Source of the DNA: Nitrososphaerota archaeon
GTDB taxonomy: Archaea > Thermoproteota > Nitrososphaeria > Nitrososphaerales > Nitrosopumilaceae
Reading direction: 5' to 3'
Assembly: GCA_028867755.1 (NCBI GenBank)
Contig: JAGWFT010000001.1
Span: 1,161,992-1,193,991, forward strand
Length of the DNA stretch: 32,000 nucleotides
The translations under genes and the position numbers were made by a program. Below the pieces are notes generated by a model. It saw only the letters and a program-made list of their open reading frames with translations, did no database searches and was not told the DNA's origin. Shown in pieces: positions 26,239-32,000 of the stretch (the stretch's first letter is position 1; every line of letters starts with the position of its first letter).

Positions 26239-26493
26239 ATGAAACGTGGATACGGTATCCTGATAACTGGCGCAGGAATGCTAGTTATTGGTCGTTTTCT
26301 TTCACAATGGATAGTAAACAGCATACCCACCATCAATCCCTCACACTCATCCATGATGGCAGACGCCCAATATCACATGTTGTCATGGAGTAACCAACTA
26401 GATACAATCAGCCAGTGGGGGATAATTGTTCTTGTCATAGGCGGATTTGTGACTGTACTTGATAGAATAAAAAAACCAAAGACATCTCTCTAA
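26239..26493 (+). CDS. Small two-TM membrane protein
   Basis: 84 aa with hydrophobic segments ILITGAGMLVIGRFL and WGIIVLVIGGFVTVL. It ends in KKPK. Confidence 0.5.
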   Translation: MKRGYGILITGAGMLVIGRFLSQWIVNSIPTINPSHSSMMADAQYHMLSWSNQLDTISQWGIIVLVIGGFVTVLDRIKKPKTSL

Positions 26494-26515
26494 ATCCTTA
26501 AATCAAATTACGGAT

Positions 26516-26785
26516 ATGTTACATAACATGTCTGCAAAAACAATCGGAATTATACTGGCCGGTTTTGTCGGCGGTGTGATCGCAATAGGAATTGCAATGT
26601 CAGCTGGATCCGGATGGGAGCAGCCAGGTACGTATACAGGAGTAAGCAATGCAGCACACACTGTAAACGACTCTGCACATTGTTATGCATTTCAGACTGG
26701 ATGTAGTGTTTCAAACTATGGTACAACCACATCTGCTTCAGACAATAGTGGAGCAGCTTTAAGTGGCAGTTATGGCGGCCCATAG
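26516..26785 (+). CDS. Small secreted or anchored Gly/Ser/Thr-rich protein with two Cys
   Basis: 89 aa with N-terminal hydrophobic segment TIGIILAGFVGGVIAIGIAMSA. The tail of about 55 aa is GSGWEQPGTYTG...HCYAFQTGC...SGSYGGP. It starts 22 nt after the preceding membrane gene. Confidence 0.5.
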   Translation: MLHNMSAKTIGIILAGFVGGVIAIGIAMSAGSGWEQPGTYTGVSNAAHTVNDSAHCYAFQTGCSVSNYGTTTSASDNSGAALSGSYGGP

Positions 26786-26860
26786 ATAAAATCCTAATTA
26801 TTTTTTAGTTTGAACTGTTAGTTGGCACAGTTTTTCAAGCAGTTTTCTTAATTACGTAGA

Positions 26861-27091
26861 TTAGTGTTTTATCGAAAGAATCTTGTCGCATTCTTTGCAT
26901 ATGATAAGATTTTCTTTTTTATCAATGCTATCAGAACCGCATCTTATACAGATAAGAATGTGCTTTCTTGAGTTTTTCATGCCAAAAAAGTTCAAAAGAT
27001 CATGCTTACGACTTGATGCCATTTGTACCAAGATCGAATAGTCACGATATAATTTAATCACTAGGTATGCATTGAATTGCACTGCAAACAT
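26861..27091 (-). CDS. Small zinc-ribbon protein (probably 53 aa from ATG 27022)
   Basis: CIRCGS-x15-CKEC forms a CxxC...CxxC ribbon. The 23 codons upstream of the internal Met look non-genic. Confidence 0.45.
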   Translation of the reverse strand: MFAVQFNAYLVIKLYRDYSILVQMASSRKHDLLNFFGMKNSRKHILICIRCGSDSIDKKENLIICKECDKILSIKH

Positions 27092-27313
27092 TTTAGAGAT
27101 TTCTGACTACAGGCAAAAGATTTGGTGCTGGGATCTAAAAAATATGTCTCCATGCCTATTTTAAATAATAAACATGGAGGTAGCGAATGATTGTTTAGCC
27201 GATTAAGTTGGGCTAGAGTCTGTAATCGCTCGGAGGTAAGCTCTGACACTTGGTTTTTGCATCGTATAATTAGTTTTAAAGATTCAATTCAAATTGTTAC
27301 AGCTATAAATCAA

Positions 27314-27532
27314 TTATAGTTTAACGCCTTTTTTGGAATTTTTTAACTTTTTCTTGTCAAGTTGTCTGATTCCAAAACCTGCAAAAAAGAGCAGCCATCC
27401 AAAAATTGTTACAGTTCCCAAGGTACCTTTTATAGACTGGAAGTTTGCTGCGTTTGAAAAAGCTGAAGAGAGTATCCAGTTTACAACCTGCATAGCAAGA
27501 CCAATTGCCATGATGATTGTACCACGTTGCAT
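27314..27532 (-). CDS. Small two-TM membrane protein
   Basis: 72 aa with IIMAIGLAMQVVNWILSSAF and VTIFGWLLFFAGFGI segments and a Lys-rich C-terminus. The antisense 69-aa ORF looks like a shadow. Confidence 0.5.
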   Translation of the reverse strand: MQRGTIIMAIGLAMQVVNWILSSAFSNAANFQSIKGTLGTVTIFGWLLFFAGFGIRQLDKKKLKNSKKGVKL

Positions 27533-27616
27533 ACAGTCATAGATTTCATACAGATCTTAAAGGTTCCTCAATAAATTACGAAGCAATTTAGAATATGGAC
27601 TCCATCTAGCCCCACC

Positions 27617-27624
27617 TTAAAATA
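27617..27624 (+). promoter_or_regulatory. Candidate TATA box
   Basis: TTAAAATA lies 22-29 nt upstream of the ATG at 27646, consistent with a leaderless archaeal mRNA. Confidence 0.3.
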
Positions 27625-27645
27625 CGATTTCTGTGTAATTATATC

Positions 27646-27999
27646 ATGCAAGGTTCAAGTGCGCTAGATAATTATGATTTAAGAAAAGCACATCAAGCTT
27701 TGAAAATGCTTCTTATCGATAGAAGTAATGAGTTTCGCATACTTGCTCTAGGCATAGGGTATCCAATCAATACCAAAGACTGGGAATTAATAGTCCTGAA
27801 TTTTTGCCTTGACTTTATAGAGTGTTTTCATACATGGTCAGATGATAATCCGCCTGATCATTATCATATTCACAAGTGTATGACACAGATGAGGCAGATG
27901 GCTAGAGGAAAATCAACCATGACTGAAGTCACACATCTTCAAAATACCGCATACCTAATTGCAGAGGATTTTAAAGCAATTTACAAGAGAATGGAATAG
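27646..27999 (+). CDS. Hypothetical protein
   Basis: 117-aa soluble-looking ORF with no competing frame. No motif recognised. Confidence 0.55.
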   Translation: MQGSSALDNYDLRKAHQALKMLLIDRSNEFRILALGIGYPINTKDWELIVLNFCLDFIECFHTWSDDNPPDHYHIHKCMTQMRQMARGKSTMTEVTHLQNTAYLIAEDFKAIYKRME

Positions 28000-28061
28000 G
28001 GCCTTTTTAGAAATTTAACATAGTGATTCTTTTTACATTTTAGACTCAAGTTTACTCTTTT

Positions 28062-28244
28062 TTATCGAATAAGATAGAAACAATTCCATTTCATATGAGG
28101 AATTGATTGCATACTAGGCTGTACACAGTGTAGGATGTAATGTTCTGGCATATGTGGCGTTACAAGGAAATGCACTGTAGCAATTGCAGTTCCTATTCCA
28201 ATTAATACTGAAATTATTGATATCGCAATAACCGATTTATTCAC
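28062..28244 (-). CDS. Hypothetical single-TM microprotein
   Basis: 60 aa with N-terminal TM VIAISIISVLIGIGTAIATVHFLV. It lies downstream of the protease gene on the same strand. Confidence 0.35.
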   Translation of the reverse strand: MNKSVIAISIISVLIGIGTAIATVHFLVTPHMPEHYILHCVQPSMQSIPHMKWNCFYLIR

Positions 28245-28345
28245 AATATAATTACGTCAGCATTAACTTTAAGGATTCTTCAACAAATCATAACGCATTC
28301 TATAACGTAGTGTTGATGTGTTTTCGCAGAGCAGGCAGACTAATG

Positions 28346-29005
28346 TCAGCTGACACTTTCTTGATACGAGCTTGAAACCTGACCATCGTATAGCGCTTCA
28401 AGTGCACCTTCATCGCATTCTGAAATTTGCGAGATAGTTGGATCAACCTCTGGGTACATGATATCACCATACAAGGTAGAGTGCCCAAGACCCAATGCAT
28501 GACCAAACTCGTGTCTTACTACCGCACCAAATTCTTCATCGGTAAGATGATCTACTTGAAATATAACGATACGTGCGTTTGTTACCATTTCACCCGTTCG
28601 AGTAAACGTAGTCAGACCAGAATATCCTAGTTCATTCTTGTCTGTTGTCAATATGATAGTTATCTGAGATATATCATTAGACGAGTTTGTTATCTTGATG
28701 TTCTCTGGAACAAAAAATAAATGATGATTAGCAGAGGCCTTGAGCAGTACTCCTTCCCAACCTATGAAGACCAACTTTCCATCGTGCTCATAAGAACCTG
28801 TTGAGAATATGGCTTCTTTTAGCATGTTAATTTTATCAGTAGATACTGGCTGGTTTGCAACAATCTTGATTAGTAATGGGTTATTGTTTGGTACCACAAG
28901 AGGAAAATGTGTGGTTATTTTGTCGTATTCTTGTTGAGACCAGACATTTGTAGGAATGATGCACAAGAATGCAAAAACTGGAACAAGAAAGACTGATTTC
29001 CACAT
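28346..29005 (-). CDS. Secreted zinc metalloprotease, matrixin-like metzincin (M10-like catalytic domain only)
   Basis: Signal peptide MWKSVFLVPVFAFLCIIPTNVWS, zinc motif HEFGHALGLGHS, Met-turn IMYP, then SECDEGALEALYDG, which resembles the MMP LSxDDxxGIQxLYG tail. No cysteine-switch prodomain is visible. Confidence 0.85.
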   Translation of the reverse strand: MWKSVFLVPVFAFLCIIPTNVWSQQEYDKITTHFPLVVPNNNPLLIKIVANQPVSTDKINMLKEAIFSTGSYEHDGKLVFIGWEGVLLKASANHHLFFVPENIKITNSSNDISQITIILTTDKNELGYSGLTTFTRTGEMVTNARIVIFQVDHLTDEEFGAVVRHEFGHALGLGHSTLYGDIMYPEVDPTISQISECDEGALEALYDGQVSSSYQESVS

Positions 29006-29139
29006 TTGGAAAATAGATCGTGATAAACAAGATAGGATCCATTGTGTAATAGTAAGTTACATACTGCAAATGATGTCTTTGTTTTACAGAATGAGACAAA
29101 GTTTGACGTTGTAATGGTTTTTCTTACCTTTGAGAGTCA

Positions 29140-29406
29140 TTAGTAATCTGAAAATTTCTTATTCCATTCGTTTGACCATTTCCTAATGAAAGGGACTGGA
29201 AGTATAATGAAAATCACCAAACCACCAATTAGACCATAAGGCCATGGAAAAATTATTTGAAGAACTATGCTAGATGCCAATGTTATGGGTATGAAAATCA
29301 GTCCAAACACAAGCTTTTCAATTCTATAAAATGCATAAATCCAAACATACGGTAGCAAACAAAGAATGGTTTGTACATTTACATTCACAGGTTCTTGTTT
29401 TACCAT
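29140..29406 (-). CDS. Small three-TM membrane protein, translationally coupled to the upstream nuclease gene
   Basis: 88 aa with three hydrophobic segments. Its ATG overlaps the upstream stop codon (ATGGTAA, 7-nt overlap). Confidence 0.55.
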   Translation of the reverse strand: MVKQEPVNVNVQTILCLLPYVWIYAFYRIEKLVFGLIFIPITLASSIVLQIIFPWPYGLIGGLVIFIILPVPFIRKWSNEWNKKFSDY

Positions 29407-29921
29407 TGAGAGTCATCCATTTCGTCCAACATCTCGTAATCCTGCCGTACTGTATTCCAAAATATCTCTACATCTTCAGGAGAATCAGTGACATTTGGAA
29501 TTCTACATATTAAAAGCGGAATCGTTACATTTTTTGAATTTCCATACTGGTTTTGAGTTAGTCTACTTTTTCCAGTCTTGACCTCTACCCATTTGAAATC
29601 CTCTGCTTTTACATCATCAAGAATTCTCGGATTATCACTCTCATATGCCTTGCAAGCAAGAAAATCATAAACAAATGAGGGATTTGCTTCACTGTTGTTT
29701 GATGGTACTGCCAAACTTTGGATTTCATTTCTTAGTTCCGAAGGAATTTTTACCATTATTCTTTCAAATCCAAACTTGAATTCCAATCTGTCATTTTGAA
29801 TCTTATTTTTGTAAATTTGTTCTAAAGATGTGTATGCCCATCCACGTTGTGCACAATATTCTTTGTAATAGCATTCGCCAAGAGATCCTTTCAATTCATT
29901 TGTGATCTCAACTTTACCCAT
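29400..29921 (-). CDS. PD-(D/E)xK nuclease-fold protein (Hjc/VRR-NUC-like)
   Basis: 173 aa with the motif order KGSLGE..(helix)..QRGW, then VYDFLAC, then WVEVKTGKSRLTQNQ. This corresponds to GxxxE ... D ... ExK plus the trailing L..xQ seen in VRR-NUC/Hjc-type nucleases. Confidence 0.55.
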   Translation of the reverse strand: MGKVEITNELKGSLGECYYKEYCAQRGWAYTSLEQIYKNKIQNDRLEFKFGFERIMVKIPSELRNEIQSLAVPSNNSEANPSFVYDFLACKAYESDNPRILDDVKAEDFKWVEVKTGKSRLTQNQYGNSKNVTIPLLICRIPNVTDSPEDVEIFWNTVRQDYEMLDEMDDSQW

Positions 29922-30000
29922 TGTAAAGTAGCAGAACTTCTAAACCATAACCTTTACGACAACAGCATGTTTCTACGAGTAAAAAGGGGGTAAACCATTT

Positions 30001-32000
30001 TTACTCTTTATCCACAAACTCGTCTGCTGTCGGAGGCTCTGGGCTCAGACCCTTTCTCTTGCGAAGATCACCTATTATAGTAGGCAAGATAGAGTTTGGA
30101 ACTGGCGTCCAAGCTTTAAAGTGCGTGTTCCACATTGCTTTTCCGGCAGTCTGTCCACGCATTATCTCTGACAAGTCAAATGTCTCAGATGCAGGAATCT
30201 CTCCTGTTATAATATTTACAACACCTTTTTGCTCCATGTTTAACACTTTTCCTCTCTTTCCTGATATCACACCTGCAACGTTGCCGATTAGTTCCTGTGG
30301 TATTCTAACCTCGATTCCAAGTGTTGGCTCTAGCAGTACAGGCTGGGCAAGCAACATGGACCCCATGCATGCACGTCTTGATGCAGGACCTAGTTGTGAA
30401 AGACCCCTGTGTGCCGGGTCCTCGTGAGGAACAAAATGGTGGAATGTAAACTTGCATCCTCTTACCTGTTCTCTTGTCAAAGGTCCTTCCTTCATGGTAT
30501 CATCAAATCCTGACAGTATGGAATCAGTTGATTCCTGAACAAACTGGACACCTTTTGTGCCATCAACCATAACATTTCCTCTAGTATCAAATCTCATTAC
30601 ACGCTTGGCATCATCTCCATCCCAGCCAGCATCTTTCAATATTTTCTGTACTTCCTTTTTGTCCTTGTACTCGTTTAGTGTTCCGTTTCGTATCATCTCG
30701 GCAACTTTCTCGTCGAGCGGTTCGACTTTCATGAATATCTTGTTGTGTCTGTTTGGTGACTTGGCCATGATGGGTCCTGCAGATCCTCGAATTGTCTCTC
30801 TGTAATTGATCAAGGGCTGCGAAGTAACGATATCCACCTTGGCATCAGCAATCAGTGCAGTTGCAATCTCAAGGTGAAGCACACCCATGCCAGCAATCAC
30901 AGTCTCTCCGCTTTCCTCGTTTATCTTTACTACCAAGTTGGGGTCTTCAATTGTAATTCTGTTTAATGCCTCGACTAGTTTTGGCAAGTCTTTTGGATGC
31001 TTTGGCTCTACTGCAATTTGCACAACTGGTTCTGACACATACTGGATTCCCTCAAATGTATGAACACCTGGCACTGTAGATATTGTCTGGCCTGCTCTTG
31101 CATGTTCCAGTCCGAGAAGCGCTGGAATGTTTCCCGCTGCAAGCTCGCCCACCATCTCTCTTTGGTTGCCCATGAAAAAGTTGACAGACTGGATTCTTCC
31201 TTCTCGCTTTGTATCAATGATATGAATTCTATCACCGTCTTTTATTCTTCCAGAAAATAATCTTCCTATTGCAACAGGACCTGCAGCTGGGTCAACTGTC
31301 ATGTTTACAATCATCATTATAGCAGGACCATTATCGTCACAGTTTAGCAATGCCTTTCCGATATCAGATTCAAGGTCGCCTTTCCATATTTTTGGAATTC
31401 TGTACTTTTGTGCAACATCAGGCGGAGGATGGTGCTTTACTACCATTCCAAGAACTGCGTCATATAGTGGAGCCTTTTCTGCAAGGGCCTTGATATCGCC
31501 CCCTTCAGAATATGCAGTATAGATGTCTTTGAATGATATTCCTTTCTTTTTCATTACATCTGCATTAAATCCCCACTTGTCCTTTGCAGAACCAAATGAG
31601 ACACTGCCATCCTGAATGCTTACCTTCCACTTGTCCTTGTATTCGGGCTCTGCATAAATCTCAATTAATCTATTAAAGTTGGTAATAATCTCAAGTAGCC
31701 ATTCTTGCATCTTTTCTGGAGGCAGTCTTAGCTCCTTTATGAGACGGTCAATCTTGTTGATATAAAGTACTGGTCTGACCCTCTCCTCTAGTGCTTGACG
31801 AGTTACTGTTTCTGTCTGTGTCATGATGCCTTCTACGGAATCTGATACCACAACTGCACCATCGATTGCCCTAAGGCTTCTAGTTACACGACCTGTAAAG
31901 TCAATGTGTCCTGGAGTATCAATCATGTTAATGACATATTCTTGATTATCTTTTTCATAAAGTAAAGTAACATTTGCCTGAACAATTGTCATCTGTCTGT
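30001..32000 (-). CDS. fusA: Translation elongation factor 2 (aEF-2), 5'-partial
   Basis: The frame is open to the window edge. It has the GTPase motif MIDTPGHIDF, NKIDR, and domain II-V patterns including the HEDPAHRG diphthamide loop. The N-terminus lies beyond position 32000. Confidence 0.95.
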   Translation of the reverse strand, partial: RQMTIVQANVTLLYEKDNQEYVINMIDTPGHIDFTGRVTRSLRAIDGAVVVSDSVEGIMTQTETVTRQALEERVRPVLYINKIDRLIKELRLPPEKMQEWLLEIITNFNRLIEIYAEPEYKDKWKVSIQDGSVSFGSAKDKWGFNADVMKKKGISFKDIYTAYSEGGDIKALAEKAPLYDAVLGMVVKHHPPPDVAQKYRIPKIWKGDLESDIGKALLNCDDNGPAIMMIVNMTVDPAAGPVAIGRLFSGRIKDGDRIHIIDTKREGRIQSVNFFMGNQREMVGELAAGNIPALLGLEHARAGQTISTVPGVHTFEGIQYVSEPVVQIAVEPKHPKDLPKLVEALNRITIEDPNLVVKINEESGETVIAGMGVLHLEIATALIADAKVDIVTSQPLINYRETIRGSAGPIMAKSPNRHNKIFMKVEPLDEKVAEMIRNGTLNEYKDKKEVQKILKDAGWDGDDAKRVMRFDTRGNVMVDGTKGVQFVQESTDSILSGFDDTMKEGPLTREQVRGCKFTFHHFVPHEDPAHRGLSQLGPASRRACMGSMLLAQPVLLEPTLGIEVRIPQELIGNVAGVISGKRGKVLNMEQKGVVNIITGEIPASETFDLSEIMRGQTAGKAMWNTHFKAWTPVPNSILPTIIGDLRKRKGLSPEPPTADEFVDKE

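Noticed and set aside
26003-26242. 79-aa plus-strand ORF whose stop overlaps the next gene's ATG (ATGA)
   Set aside because: The product is Lys/Asn-rich and low in complexity (..ERKNTKKTNCNSKCRNQKTRNK..), typical of AT-rich spacer read-through. The ATGA overlap alone is not enough support.
242-31522. Numerous 60-145-aa track ORFs lying antisense to or out of frame within long recognisable genes (e.g. 242-679, 645-1037, 2740-3144, 4571-4903, 7078-7398, 10191-10568, 11788-12090, 21698-21997, 28300-28506, 28881-29099, 30059-30427)
   Set aside because: Each is fully embedded in a gene with strong motif support on the other strand or frame. Their products are Ser/Leu/Ile/Phe-rich shadow translations without motifs.
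1-32000. CRISPR arrays, rRNA or tRNA genes, IS elements, integrases
   Set aside because: I found no regularly spaced direct repeats, no rRNA-like or cloverleaf-compatible segments, and no transposase or integrase motifs on either strand.

Overview
AT-rich archaeal chromosomal window. Archaeal Rpo7/Spt4, aEF-2, NurA-HerA-Mre11-Rad50, PurP and low GC suggest an ammonia-oxidising thaumarchaeon of the Nitrosopumilales type; this is inference from gene content, no search was run. Positions 1-24.2 kb are tightly packed housekeeping genes: rpo7-spt4; NAD de novo synthesis (nadC, nadA, aspartate dehydrogenase); a proline dehydrogenase / P5C dehydrogenase pair; the nurA-herA-mre11-rad50 operon; tatC-tatA; purP; a bifunctional nuclease; a methyltransferase; DedA; an ABC ATPase plus fused permease; a SMARCAL1-like SNF2 ATPase; and a J-domain/TPR protein. 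Positions 24.2-30.0 kb are a loosely packed island of small ORFan genes, mostly membrane or secreted, that also holds a secreted mini-matrixin and a PD-(D/E)xK nuclease coupled to a small membrane protein. The island ends at a partial aEF-2 gene. I saw no rRNA, tRNA, CRISPR array, transposase or integrase. Four small genes lie below the ORF-track cutoff: tatA, a canonical C2H2 zinc-finger microprotein and two hypotheticals. The most interesting candidate is a 164-aa HEAT-repeat protein that looks like exactly one half of eukaryotic deoxyhypusine hydroxylase, with two His-Glu metal motifs. Other leads are the nuclease-membrane gene pair, a polytopic membrane protein with CC and CPTC motifs, a GC-rich non-coding island and a set of mutually exclusive hairpins. 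All functional calls come from motif recognition by eye and need profile or structure searches to confirm.
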